Assembly: GCA_000320545.1 (NCBI GenBank)
Contig: ADNK01000441.1
Span: 1-59,813, forward strand
Origin: Bigelowiella natans CCMP2755
Taxonomy: Eukaryota > Protista > Cercozoa
Reading direction: 5' to 3'
Length of the DNA: 59,813 bases
Shown here: positions 1 through 13,865 of the stretch, one piece after another
Numbering within the stretch: the first letter of the stretch is position 1
Layout of the letters: every line of letters starts with the position of its first letter
The notes under the pieces: generated by a model
Database searches by the model: none
What the model was told of the DNA's origin: nothing
The model's input: only the letters and a program-made list of their open reading frames with translations
Program-made: the position numbers and the translations under genes

Positions 1-223
1 GTGTGTGTGTGTGTGTGTGCGCAATATACGAGTTTTCCGAAATAGAGTACGCATGACTACCTTCTGTACTATATGGCGCGCGTTTTCTATTATCCCTGAG
101 TAGCGTGGAAGACCGCTTGATTCCATCCTACTTGCTTGCATCCGCACCTTCAACATAAATGAGAATGATAAACTCGTAGGTGAGAAAGGTTACTCTGCCT
201 CCCTCCCTCTCCCTCCCCCCCCC

Positions 224-261
<38 letters not shown>

Positions 262-1014
262 GCCACTACCTTGATGAGATCTGTTGGATTGCACACGGCC
301 GCCGAAAAGCTTCCCGAGACTATACCAGCTGAGATTTTTCGCACTGGGTTGGCCTGTAAGAACATAAAGCCCGTTGTGTCAATATTTAGTTTGTTGCGGC
401 AATTGAAATTGTGATTTCGTTAGCTACGCATTTGTTCTGGACAATACCTCTGTCGAGCCATCCTGCAGTCCTAAGTACTCTTTTGCACGTGCATACAACC
501 CAACACGTAATGTTCCATATGTCGCCTGAAAAGATAGCATGACATAATGATTAAATTGTTGAGAAACAGCTAAGCTCTATATCAACTGCGAATACCTGCC
601 GAAGTAGGGCAGGGCCCGTCCCCGTCCAAAGGGCAAGCAAACCATCGGTCCGTATCACTGTGCCTAATGTCTTTAATCGCCACAGTACAAATCAGGTTCG
701 TCAACTACTTTAAGTGATGTCATCTCTACAATGAATTACTCACCTCAAGAAAAGTCTTATATGCTACCGTCCCCCTTTGACCTTGAACTTGCATTCTAAC
801 CTGTATTTTGAAGCAGTAGCAGTAAGTGGTCGAATTGGTGACCGTAAGAATTAACTTCATCACAGGCAAAACAAAAAGGAAAATATTCCACCTTAATAAC
901 ATCCAATGGCATTGTCGCCGCCTCCGCACAGCAGCTGGCTAGACCCCCGTAGAGAAAATGCCGATACGAAGTCCGCTTCGGACGGAGCGACTCCCGTGCC
1001 GCGGTGACCGACAT
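1..1014 (-). CDS. Mitochondrial carrier (SLC25), UCP/KMCP1-like; multi-exon, 3' end runs off the window start
   Basis: Spliced exons give MSVTAARESLRPKRTSYRHFLYGGLASCCAEAATMPLDVIK|VRMQVQG...IRTDGLLALWTGTGPALLRQ|ATYGTLRVGLY...|ANPVRKISAGIVSGSFSAAVCNPTDLIK|VRMQA. Two Px[DE]xxKxRxQ carrier signatures; first intron 801-891 is GT-AG. Confidence 0.9.
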
Positions 1015-2181
1015 TTCTTACCAATGGACGTATGATTTTAGGTAGATTCCTATGGGCCCTGAGTGATATGGAAATTCAACATTGTCTTGTCCTGTGCACA
1101 CGTCCGAACCGAAAATTCCTGGGTGCTCAGGTGGTAAGCATTCCCGGGCAATAGGAGTACGTAGATAGCTAATTCGTTTCAAAAAAATTCTCTCTCACAA
1201 GACATGCTACACATCTAAGTCGATCCGAAATTTTTGAATTTCAGGGCCCTCCTTTCGAGGGATAGCGGGGGAGGGAGCTGCAGCATACGTGACCATAATA
1301 GGTCTTGGTAGGAGAGTTCTGTTCGGGAGATGGGCGCTTTGGAGCTGAGTGCGCCTCAATTTCCACGTCTCTTGTCTACAAATCGCATGAATTTTACCAG
1401 CGACGAGGCCCAACTTTCGTCTGCGAATTGTTGCGAAAGAACGCATCGTTGAACCGACTTCTTAATTTTACGTCCGATTTTGATCATGGGAATATCTGCT
1501 TTTCTTCCTTTCATCTGGCCTCTCACGACCACCGTTGCTCTTCGCAGTTCGCTACAGCTACTATCCCGTTCTGTTTCGGACAGTTTACGGGTATAATTGT
1601 TATTATCCGACCACAACAACAATGACAACAACAAAGACAACGATGAAGACAACATAATAAATAGAACGACACAACAGAACGAATGGTGGGTAGGGGATAG
1701 CGACTAGAGGGGTAACGCAGGCAAAGAGGACGGTTTTGGGAGGAATGTAAATACGATCAGTGAGTAGCGTTGGTCCTTTACTCGATGGCGCATAAGTTGT
1801 TGGGTGTGGTTCGGAGAGGCTTGAAACAGCGAGGCCGCTCCCAAACGACGAAATGTTCACGAATTTGCCTTTGCTGATTCTTGTAGGTGTGACTGATTAT
1901 CGACGCCGTGGCTTGGGTATTATAAGCATTCGCACCATCTTCTCATATTTCAACGAACCAGCCCGACAACGACCTTTTTGTCATATCCACGTCTGATTCT
2001 TTCTCTTTCTATAAATTCATGCCTTGCCGTTCCAGGTGGCAAACAAGCTGAAAGGGTAAAATATGGATGACATCTAGCAACTTTACTGAGAGAAAAAAAG
2101 AGAATCAAAGATGAATAAAAAATCAAATAGATGGGATGACGCCCCATATAGTTCACACCTCATTCGAACGTGCACTTTCAG

Positions 2182-2567
2182 CAAGAAAAAGGGAGATCCA
2201 GATGCGGTCTCTGGGTGCTCAGGTGGTAAATGCTCTCTGAGCGATCGGGACAGGTAGATAACCAACCCATTTCGAAGCTATCATAGTATTTGTCAGAAGC
2301 CTAAATTAAGATTTGATATGGATAATCTTCATTCACTCTGACAACCCAACATCAGTGTGAGAAAGCACGCCGAACATGAGAAGAAAATTACTTCAATGCC
2401 TTCTGGGGCCTCCACAGCAAAGACTTCTTACATTGAGGAGCAGGTAACCAAAACGTACATGCTGATACATGGAAATAATTCATTTTTGTCAGAATTTGGG
2501 AGGCTCATCAGTAGCTGGAAAGACGGATGTGGCTGGAGCAGTCCATAATACAAACCCGAACGGCTAA
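2182..2567 (+). CDS. Possible 3' exons of a small orphan gene, no recognisable product
   Basis: Phase-compatible GT-AG chain 2182-2253, 2356-2443, 2493-2567 reads KKKGDPDAVSGCSGGKCSLSDRDSVRKHAEHEKK...IEEQNLGGSS...NPNG*. No convincing upstream exon or start found. Confidence 0.3.
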
Positions 2568-3163
2568 AAAATGAGACTAATAGCGCAAGAAAGGTAACAA
2601 CTGAAGGAAAACAGTATGACCTTCATTTGTTCTATTTAAAAGTGACTTGGGGAGCGCTTTACTAGATTTGTGGGTCGAAAAGGGGATGAAACTAACACGT
2701 TCGTGATCTTGCTGAACCAGGAACCCTGGAGGTGGCTTCGAGTATGGCATTGATATGGTGTGCAAGGAAACCTTCTTTTGGAGGGATGCACATCATGGAG
2801 CACAATCCCAAAACAAAATATACCTCGAGGCCTGAAAGTGTTCAGTTCAAAACGAAATTTACGCACGTACATCCTGACAGTTATGCGCGCTGCATGGTGC
2901 TTTTCGTTCAGCGATAATTAGTTATTTTACGGAGAGTGAATACCTTCTCTGAAATTTGTTGCTCATATAACGTATTGTAAACGTCGTAGTGTGTAGATTG
3001 AATTGCTGAGACCGCCACCACGCAGCGATCTATGCATTGTTGCTACGCATCAGCGCCAATGTTGCACGGACATATCTAGATATATATGACGATACACCTC
3101 TTGCACACGTCGTGCTGCGACCGCTACATCTGTCTACTGCATGATGTTACATAGAGAGTTATG

Positions 3164-3941
3164 TATGAGACGGGTGTAATGAATATGTTAATTTTTGCTT
3201 TCAATTATCATCCTTCTGTATCGTAGCAAGTTGTGCATGAAAAAGAATGCACATGTATACACGTATATGTATGAGTCGGATTTATTACAGAAGCGATTGA
3301 ATATATGGTGAAATCTTTGAATGGTCATCCCAATGTAGCTATGCAAAGCAGGTATATAGAATATGTGTACAGCAATTATGGATGCACACATATGTGAGAC
3401 GGATAATAAAATGAAGTGATTAAATCTTTTCAATGGTCATCCTAATTCTAATGTAGCCAGCGGTTACAGCGCTTAGGTTGTGTTTTTTGGTCTCACACAT
3501 ATGTAAAGCATACCATGTTGACTAGATGTGTGTTTCTAGCATGTGCACGTAACAGTACGTAAGTACAAGACCTAGAGACCAATATGAGACCACATCGCAC
3601 ACTACGGCGCGCATCTGCACAGTAAGACATTCATATATAGGTGCTGCAGATAGCAACGGGCAACGGATCGAAGAGCCACATGCAATGGCTAGAATCGTGC
3701 GACACGCTTAGGCTATGCTTATGCTTATGTCGCTCTATTCCTAAATTCTGCCAGCAATGCTAGCAATACATGCGTTCAAAAGCGCATGATTTATCTAGGC
3801 ATTAACTCTCACTATATCACATACATTTTAAATGCACACATCGTTGATTGCACACGTAACAACATAAATTCGCAGCATTGCACAGCTACATTAGGACGAC
3901 TATTAAACAAAGTGTAATCATTTCATTACACCCGTCTCATA
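3164..3941. repeat. Cluster of a dispersed ~60-70 bp repeat (three minus copies, one plus copy)
   Basis: Consensus about gctacattaggaYgacYattgaaa..tttaatcaYttcattacaYccgtctcata. Minus copies ~3164-3226, ~3271-3340, ~3392-3458; plus copy ~3883-3941. 3164-3183 and 3922-3941 are a perfect 20-bp inverted pair. Confidence 0.7.
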
Positions 3942-4107
3942 AATTCGCAAATAATAGGCATGGTACGCTCAGCGAGAAATCAAAATCTATTATCAATATG
4001 TTTGCAAGTTAGCCCATCGTTTAAATAGGCATATGGACGACGAGAAAAATATTTCGAAAGTTAATAGCAATATGAGAGCTTGCAGGCTGACCATTTTTAC
4101 AAATTCA

Positions 4108-5548
4108 CTAATCATCACTGTAATATTTAGAACCACCCACAGTCTTGCCCTTGGTGCTTCCCGTTGCTCTGTGTTTAACGTATTCTGTGATCCCCAGCTT
4201 CCACAGCTCTTCCGAAAGCCCGTATGGATTATAGACACAGAACACACCAAGACTCGAAACCTCCCTCGTGTTACATGAGTCATCGTCGAAGAAAATCATC
4301 TCATGATATTCCAATCTATCCAACAAACAAAAGAGGATGTCATCGATAGTGATATGAATATTTATAACCCACGAGCCAAGCAAACTCTTCAAGCACAAAC
4401 TATCATGCGTATGTAAAAGCAAAGTCTCCTCTTTTCATATCGATGGAATCTTGTTTTCCCCTTCGATATTGCACTGATGACTAACATGTTCCTCATGCAG
4501 CCTAATCTGTTTTTATAGATTCATATAAGCGAACGTCAATGATTACCCTGAATCTTTCTTGAGCTTCTTGAAATGAGCGAGCTTAGAACCCGGATAAATC
4601 TCCTAAACAAGGACAACAATGAAAAACATTTGTGTTTCTACCAGCTCCTTGACACTACACATAACATAACCTCGACAGAGAATTCGAGTACTACATTGAC
4701 GAATTATAATCGACATTAGAAAAAACGAGTCATGGACTATTCGATAAACGTCGGGATGATTTACTATGATTCACTACAATTTATTGCTGAAAAATCGAGA
4801 GAGTTTTGCCTTGAAACTGAAGAGATCGTCCAGGGTCTTTTCGGGGGTTATTTGAAATTTGGGAAGCAGATTGTATGCCCACTTTATTTGTCCCGTTCTA
4901 GATGCTGCAGCAAATTTGGATCCCGCCTACGTTATACATTATGTACAATAAATGTACAACTGTAATTCGATGCAAGCGTGTGGACGTTCAGTCACCGACG
5001 ACAAAAATTTGTTTGTTTTAATTAGCATATCCACAAACCCATTTCTTATCGTTGGCTAGTTCCTTTAGAGCTGCCATGGTTGCGGGAAATATTTTGATAT
5101 CTTTATTTGGACGCGGCATATTGTACAGCTGAGAGGGATATGGAGAAGAGAATCAAGCGGTCAATGTCTTTAAATGCCAACCACCAACTGTAATTAGTAC
5201 CTCATAAAGTTCTGGAGTCCATACTGTATTATCTATATGGAGAAGAACATAAGATTTAATCTTCCCTCTACACATTGGCTTTTAATGTTATGTGAGCTTG
5301 CAAGAAGACGGGGGGGGTTAGATTTTCTAAACTCCAGCTGATGACTCTGGAGCCAGGTCTATACGTTATTTCATTTGCCCTGGGGGGATCAACGGCAGGT
5401 AATTGCTGAAAGTCAACCCGAATTAGGGTCTGAGATGAAAAAAGGAAGGCCACGCGTTACCTAGATCGAAAACGACAAGCTTCGGCAGGTACTTGGTGTC
5501 GACGTCGTTGCCATCTTTCCCCTTCTCTGCTGTCGTCTTACCCTCCAT
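4108..5548 (-). CDS. MDP1: Magnesium-dependent phosphatase 1 (HAD-IIIC), multi-exon
   Basis: Spliced: MEGKTT...LPKLVVFDL|DNTVWTPELYE|...|AGSKFAAASRT...DLFSFK|EIYPGSKLAHFKKLKKDSG|LEYHEMIFFDDDSCNTREVSSLGV. Motifs DxDxT, ASRT, IYPGSK and FFDD are characteristic of MDP-1. Confidence 0.9.
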
Positions 5549-6257
5549 TTGAAATCAGTTGGATCGGGGGGCACGTAACTCGATGAGTGCTTGGCTTACG
5601 TACGTTATATGGAACCGATACGACGCTTCTTCGTCCAGTCCAGCTCTGGCTTTACTGCTGCGTGCAGACACGATCCAGCGGTTCGGTGGAGCATGCGACA
5701 GCACCAACACAACACATGCAACATTTGCTCTCGCTGTATTTGTCCCTGAACGAAAAATATCTATCGGGGATTTTCTTCCTGCGTCAATGATTTCCGGTGG
5801 CTATCTAGATTCTAAAAATCCCTCTGGCAAGAAAGGGCATCCAGGTCGGCGGAACCTATCCGGAAAGTTCTCGCCCAGAAGCGATTCTTGTGCTTTCGGA
5901 AAAATCTTGTCGACGGAAAAAGGAAGGCCCAGGTTGAGCTGTATCCAGATTTGGCCAATAATTTACCATGAATTTGACTAATGATTTCTCACAGGATATT
6001 TCAGTAGGGAAGAGCATCATCTTCCGACCAAAACTCGACAGTCCCGAGTGCCTCATACTCTTATGCTGTTTCCAAAGCTCTGAGGTTTGGCTCTTCCTAA
6101 AGAAAGAAAGAAGCCCCGTGGACAAAGATCCATCGAGGAGGTTTATTACATTTACGAAAGAACACGCGAGTGCACTATACGAGATTTGTTTCTACAACTT
6201 CGTTTAATGTCTCCTTCGTAAATCGATTCCCGTACTCGAATAGGTTTCGGCGAAAGT

Positions 6258-9200
6258 ATGGCTTCCAAGGACTCTCGAGAACGGCCCTTAGGCCTTGTCT
6301 TTGATTTAACAACAGGGCCACCTTCGGACGGATTGATCCTCGGGGAGAGAGCCATCGTAATGGTCCCCGTCAAGGGTAGGCGTGGCTTCCTCACACTTTC
6401 CAAGATCGTAGAGGGGAAGGAGACTCCGGTATTATATTCGCTTATTCGTACCAACTTCCAAGAACATCTAGCCGAATGGGGTTCAAATTAAATACAGGTA
6501 TCCATGATCTTTGGCGGCCTGGAGAGAAAAGAGGAAATTGTGATCCCTTCGGACGCGTGGCTTGGTTGCTCTGAAGGTACTTCTTCCAACGAGCAGAACT
6601 ACGATCCTTATCAATATGACTGAAAACAAGGAGGGAGCCATAAAATGGAAGGAATGAAGGGGCGTATGGGTGGACCACGCTCGGTTCCTTGGCCTGAATG
6701 ACTTTGTGATATTATTCACACATTTCCTTCTACTGTTCTAACTCAGGAGAGTATACTCTTCGTTTTGACACATGCAAGGAGGTTGGCTTCGATTCGGCCT
6801 TTATGAGCAAGGTCGTTACGGATTTTCCCTGAATTTATAATATGTAAGCCTGCCGATATGCTGAAGTATCAACTTTCTTTCCTGACTTTGTTGTTATGTA
6901 CTACTATGCTTGTTCTTTGGCTTCCGAAGCGGTTCTTCGTTCGGGATCCGAAAATGTTGTCTCAATTAAAGATCGAGTTTTATTCAACTCGAAAACGCGG
7001 CTTTGGGGTGCAGCTCTCAGCCCTGAAACTCTACTCCATGAACGGTGTTGTCCCCGCCATTGCTTTTAAGACCACCAGGCTGCCACTGACACGCACGCCA
7101 CACCACCCACGCATAAGTTTATACACATAGATAAATCAAAGAACATGCTATATGCCACAGGTTCCGAGATCCCAGTAAAATCCACAGAAAATCCAAAGGG
7201 ATCCTGTCCGGCTCATGAGAGCGTCGCGAAGCTTGTGGACGGGGATGTGAAGACGAAATGGTTTGATCGCAGGTAGGAACATCGAGATAGTAAGAATAGA
7301 TAGCAAGGCTGCTCCAAGAGAACGAGCGAGAGAGGGGGGGCTAAACAAGAGCAAATCCTTTTGAAACACATCTAGACGTACAAATATACCCATAAACATA
7401 CATCAAGACACACCTATATTTATGCGAATGCCGAGGTCATCACCGAAAACTCTCTCTGAAACAAAATATCTACTTGCGTAGCATCGATTGGTTGGGAATG
7501 ACAACAGTGGTAATCGATTTGAAGGACTGCTGTGAGTCCTTGGGAGAATACGAGATTTTTACTGCAAACGACATGCCGCAGAGGGATCCTATAACGTGGA
7601 CTGTGGCTGGTAGAGCTACAGACAAGTCTCCGTGGCTTCTCTTGCACAGCGCACTTGACCAATCTCCAATGGACTGGTACAGGGAAAATGGATGTGAGGG
7701 CTGTGTGTGTGTATGTGTGTGTGTGTAGAGGCGGGGTAGGGGACACGCCTTACTCGTACGATAAGGAAACTTTGTAGAGAACGTAATATATTGGCTTGGT
7801 ATATTTGTGTGGTATGCGTAAGGAACTCATGAGTAATGCGTAAACTCTTTTCCCTTTCCCCCCCCCCCCTTACACCCATTCGTTGCTGTACTCCTCAAGC
7901 CCCACCGAGCGCTACAGCAGCTACGGACGCTACAAGCTGTTGCTAGAGGGGATGGCCATAGGGAAATCCCACCCCGTGAAGGAGGAGATGGGAGTTATGA
8001 TGCCTCAGCACGGCGATGCCGCCCCTGCTACCAATTCCCCACCACCAGTCTTCTACGGGGAGGAACGTGTCACCGAGCCATGGATCATGTCCTTCAACGA
8101 GCAAATAACACCGAGTTTATTGGAGGATGAGAAGAACGTCTCCGAAGCGACACGGCATCTTCTGTCTGCTCTCTTCCGTAGCAGCTCGAAGAAGAAGGAA
8201 GAAGAATGTGGTGATGCACACAACGGAGATGGGGCTGCGACAAATGTTAGAAGCAGCGACACCACCAACACCAGCAGCACGATAAGCATTGTAGACAAAC
8301 TTTTCAAAGCCCTTGCGGCTAGCAGGCCCATCATCCCTGTGGGCATGACCTTACCCTCGGAAGAAAAGGGGAGAGAAGAGAAGAAGCCGTTGAGTGTCGA
8401 AAAGCAGCCCCATGATGATCCGACGGAGCAACAGCTAGAGGGCCGCAGAGTGGGAACGGGTGTGCTGAGCCACGCAGTCTTGCACGCCCACCCAACACTC
8501 CTCCGCATTCACGATAGACACTTCGTCTGCGGGGGTCTAACTACTCCTAACGCCGTCGTTGGCCTACGCTTCCTCAAGGGAGGAGGGGAGGGAGGAAGAG
8601 AGAAAGAGAGCGAGGGAAAGTCGGAGAACGTGTTGCTGCCAAACGTCACTGCAGAGCGAATAGGTGGAGAGATAACGGTTGAGGCAGCACTTCCAATCGA
8701 CGTTTGTAAGTCAGGAGGTTGTAGCTATGGGAGCAGCCTCTTCTTGGCAGGAGGCTATGTTCCAGATAGCAACTGTAGCAGTGCTAGCATGGTCTCCCCT
8801 TCCCTCTCCAACCCCTCGACGCACTTCGTGCGCTTTGATGCGTGGAATGGGTGTTGGGAGCGGCTTCCGGACCTTCCGGTAGAGATCTCCGCAAACTACC
8901 TGCAGGACGGTAAGAGAGTTAAACGGAGAACAACTGAGGGGGGGGGGGTTGTGATGGGAGCCGTCTCTGGCAGTATCGCAGTGTACTCTGGTGACGGTGC
9001 AGCGGCAGGGATTGCAGCAGCGTTGTTTGACTTTGAAACGGGGGCGTGGAGGATGATAAAGGACATCAAGGGAAGAGAAGATAATGCAGGAATCGGGGGA
9101 GGCGCTGCCTCCGAGCGGCCACGGTTCGTTGAGGGCCAAACCCTCGGCGTGTTCCATCGACACTCTCTATGGCTTGTCGGAGCTGCAACCGCAGGAGAGG

Positions 9201-11320
9201 AAATGAAGGGAGAGGAGGGATGCGGGTGGCCGCTGTCATCATTGCATGAACTGCGGTTGGACGTCAAGGAGGAGCATTTTGGCGCAACCTTTTCCCACAG
9301 TAAAGGAGTGAAGCTCGAAGCTAAGGGACGGATTGCTCGATGTACCTGCTATCTTTTCGTTACTAATTTTACTTACTCTCTCTCATATTCTAATTACCAT
9401 ACGACGACGATAACGACCACTGTATTTAGAGTCCCATGGCTAGCAGCACCACAATCAGCATGAGCCCTTTTGTCATACCATGTTTTTTAGGTACTAATTC
9501 ACCTACCCTAGCGCAAGCACGCCCAATCGGGCCGTTAAACAGCGGAAATGGAATAGGAAGGGGGGGGGGAGGAAGCGAATTGAATTTCACAATTCGGATC
9601 GTATCGCTTAGCCCCCCCCCTGCGGGCAGTAGCAGCTCAAGTGAGACACACAGGCCGGAGGGGAAGAAAGATAGCTCTTCCTCCCCCCAACGGATCGCAA
9701 TAGGCTTCGCGGCGGCTTCCCCCTCGCCATGTGCCCGCAGTCACATTTGGGGCATTTCCCCCCTGGAGGGGATCCTGCGTGGTAGGGGCAGGGACGAGGG
9801 GAAGAAGCAGACGAAGGCGTCGACAACATCCAGGCCGGATACTAGCCCGGCAGCATTGGGAGCAAATCAGGACGGCAGTAATGGTGACGAGAAATCCCAC
9901 GACGCCATTTATCGCGAGCCAGTCGCAGATACTGCTAGTTCTCCCCCCATTCCAAAATTAAAGGAGGGAGATACGGTGAGGGTGCTGGTCACGGGTGACA
10001 TCGCATCCTTCTTCCTCAACGGTAGGCTCGTTGCGACTATCGAGGGAGTTCCGCCGCCGGTGGCGTCTGAGGCGCTATTGCCTACCGTATTCCTCGAGCA
10101 CAAGACGGATGCAGTTGAGATTGATCAAGTCAAAACCATCATCGGGGCCACCGGCCGATGGTATCGCCACAAATGTCAGCCCCCCCCCTCCCTTTCCAAG
10201 GATCTGCTCAGGCAGAAACGGGGACGGGTCAAACACGCTGCGATCTGCGTGATTCCGGATAAGTGCCAGCTAGTTGTCCACGGAGGCTTGTTCGAAGAAG
10301 GCGACGTTGCCGCAAGTCGAAGGCAGAGTATAGGAGGAGGAGAAAGGACTACTACTATATTGGAAGGTAGAGATATTAAGGATCTCCTTTCTTCCCCATT
10401 TTCTCCCCTTCTTCTATCCTAATCTTTACTACGTTTCGTGATATACTTATATTATAAAGATAGGAATTGCGAGAACAAGGATTGAGTTACCAAAATTACC
10501 CCGCTCATTTCTCTCTCTCTTTCTCTCTTCCCCCTCTTCCCATTTTCTCTTCCATAGACGCCTTCGTCGTTGACCTTTCGATGATGAGGAAGAGCTGGCA
10601 GAGGGTCAAGCTTCTTCCTAGCAGCAGCAGCAACAACAACAACAACGGTTCTACTACCCACCTCACTGGAATGCGTCGTTTTGGGCACTCTCTCGGGTAT
10701 GACCCTTATCTGAAAGCACTACTGCTCGTGGGTGGCAGTTGCTCCTCCTCCCCCTCCATGTCCTCCCCCCCACCATCAACACTAGAAGTTCTAGCTGTAT
10801 GTATGGAAGGGGGAAGTGGAATGGAGGAGTTGGAGCAGCCTGAGAGCAAGGAGAAACACAGAAAGGATCGAAATGAAACCGGCATGCGGAAGCGGGAAAA
10901 AAACATGTCCTCCTCCTCTTCCTCTTCTAATTCATCGTCGTCGTCTTCCTCCTCCTTTGTTGGCGAGGCTGGAAAATGGGAGATACTTCGCCCACAGACA
11001 ACAGCTCCTTTCTCTGTGGGACCCACCTCATCTTCATCGTCAAATGGGCAGCTCCTTGCCCTTTCTTCTTCCTCTTCTTCGTCACCTTCCTGCTCAGCCT
11101 CATCGTCGTCGCCCTCCTTCTATATATTGAAGTCGGGCGGTTGTGAAGCTGGAGGCGGTGGCGGCGGCGATGCTGATGGAAAGATACCTTCGTCTTCGTC
11201 TTACCTGCTTTCCTTCACACCGACTGGCTTGAAACACGAGCTACGGATCGTGAACCTCCCCGATCACCAGCGAGCGACGTCAAGCGTAATTTTGTGTTAG
11301 CGTGTATGTTGGTGTGTTTG

Positions 11321-11359
<39 letters not shown>

Positions 11360-13828
11360 GTGTCCCAACTCAATCGTTTTGCGCATACATTAACTTGTTA
11401 TTTGTTATCTAGGTCTACAAAAACGAGCGTTTGGGCCTCGGTCACAACAGGTCAATGCTTTTTTCCCCGCAAGCGTGGAGCTGGGCAGGGGGGGGGGGGG
11501 GGGGCAAGGACAACCAATGGCTGCAAATTCACGTGGCACGCCCGCTGTTTTGTGGCGGCATCGTAGTCCAAGGCCGACATGACTGTGATCAATGGGTCAC
11601 GAAGCTCTCTCTCTCCACCAGCCTAGACGGTGTTACCTTCACTCCTTACCGCCATCTTCAGCCTTCTGGTAGGGCGAAGGAGGGTGGTGGCAACAGTGAC
11701 AGTGAGGACGAAAAGCGCGAACAGTATCACGTGTTTGAGGCCAACACGGATAGAGCGACACTGGTAAGCTGCATGTTCCACAGGCCGATTCTTTGCAGAT
11801 TCGTTCGCATACACCCTCGGGGCTACCATAGCCACATTTCCATGCGTGCCGCCCTACTTGAGCTTGCGTCCGGGGTGAGCAGTGGTGATGGCAAAGACCA
11901 CAGCAATACCTTCGATGCGCCAACAGTGGTGATTGCGACCGGAGAGGCGCAAGAGAGGGGGGAGAAGGCGAAAGTGGAAGAAAAAGACGATAAGTCGCAA
12001 AAGGCGAAAAAGGAAGGGCAGGAAGATAAAAAGGACGACGGGAAATCAAATGGAGATAATACTCCTCCCTCACGTCCCCCAGAACAAAAGGGTAACAAGG
12101 AGGAGGGGAAGGCCTCAACCGACTCATCAGCTGACTTAGGTGTAGAGCACGAAAAGGAACAGGGCGCTCACGCTTCTACGCATGACGACGAGAAGGAGAA
12201 GCGAGAGGATGCGGACGGGAAGAAAAGTCAAAATCATAGTGGAGATGGAAATGATGGAGAAGGAAAGGGGGAGGAGAACCCCGGAAAGGAGGGCACTACT
12301 GCTGATAAAGATGACAGTAAGAAGGATACGGCAGAGCAAACACTCAAAAAACAACAACCAGAGCAGGAAAAAAAACAGGCACAGAAGAAGCAGCAGCAGC
12401 AGCCTGCTCACGAGAAGCCGAGTGGCACCGCAGTTCTTCCTGCTGCTGTTGTTGCCAACGTGAGCAGTGAATGGTCCTGCCCAGTCTGCACCTTTGCGAA
12501 CAGGGCAAAGGACAACAAATGCGTCATTTGTCAAGTGGGAGTACGCCCACCGCCTGCCGCTGCTTCCTCCGTTGTGACTGCTGCTGCGGCCGACGACAAC
12601 AACTCAACGCCTCACAAGCAGCAGGCAGATGATGGGCAAGCTAAAACTGATGATGGCGCCGATAAGAAAGGGAAGGAAGCTAAAGCCGGCGGTGGAGGAG
12701 GAAGAGGAGAGGGGAAAGACAAAGGGATTGAGAATATCCACAAGGCCTCTGCCGCTCCCAACAACTGGACTTGTTTGGTCTGCACATTCAGTAATGACGA
12801 TGTCGCACGCAAGACATGTGCCATGTGCAACAGCCCTCGGCCAGTGATCGCAGAGGAGTCGGTGGGGAATGATGGTGGAGGTTCTGGACCACCACCGAAT
12901 GCTAATCCGTCTCCACCGCAGCAGCACCAACAGCACCAACAACCTAGCGATGAAAAAGGCAAACACGCTGTGGCACCTGAGCTTGCAAGGGCTCCATCGG
13001 CACTCACGGGCTGGTAGTAGTAGTAGAAGTAGAAGTAGTAGTAGTATCAGTACAATTATGGGGCATGTGATGCTATGGTTTCATCCTTCTCCTTCTCCCA
13101 CTCGTATGCGTACCCCCAGTGCGGTGTGAGAGTTTGACACCAAAGAAGAAACTGTGACACATATACACATAATATATATATATATATATATATATATGTT
13201 CCATTATTCTACAACTCCATACGCGTATACACACAACAACACTACTCTAGGTACTGCGATAAGTGCACAATGTTCAACAAAAACGACCGTACAAAGTGCG
13301 AGGTCTGCGGACTCGGTGAGAAGCCATCGGTCGACGAAACGCGGGGAGTCGAACGCTGGCAGTGCCTCAAATGCACGGTTATAAACCCTGGCAATCTTTC
13401 CCTTTGTAAAGTGTGCTCGTCGCCATCGCCGAAGGAGCTGAAGCGACGAAGAGAGGAAGAGGAAAAGCTCCAACTGCAGAGGGAGCAAAAGCGGCTCGAG
13501 CGAATACGTGCGGAGGCCAAGATTGTTGAGGCTGAAAGCCAGGTTCAAGTCGCACCTTTCCTTCGTCGGCGAGAAATCAGCTGCATCAGGCAACAGCGGC
13601 TTCTTCCCTCCCCCTCCTCCCCCTCCCCCCCCTCCTCTTTACCTCTAAACGTGGCGTTCGCGGCGGTAGCACACCACGCGGAGCAAGTCTACATCATCGG
13701 TGGCACAATACGCTCCTCCAAGATACCTACGGCGCTCACGTACGTCATACGTCCAAGGAAGGAGGAAGAGGAGGGGGAAGGGAAGGGAATCCTCCCTCCA
13801 ACAGATAGTGCTTGTGCTCAGGAACTGC

Positions 13829-13865
<37 letters not shown>

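Noticed and set aside
3164-3941. A single MITE bounded by 20-bp TIRs
   Set aside because: The 'TIRs' are ends of a repeat unit that also occurs internally and elsewhere in the window; no independent TSD is established.
5559-5981. 140-aa ORF between MDP1 and the calpain gene
   Set aside because: Non-ATG start, no motifs, lies in a ~700-bp divergent promoter region.
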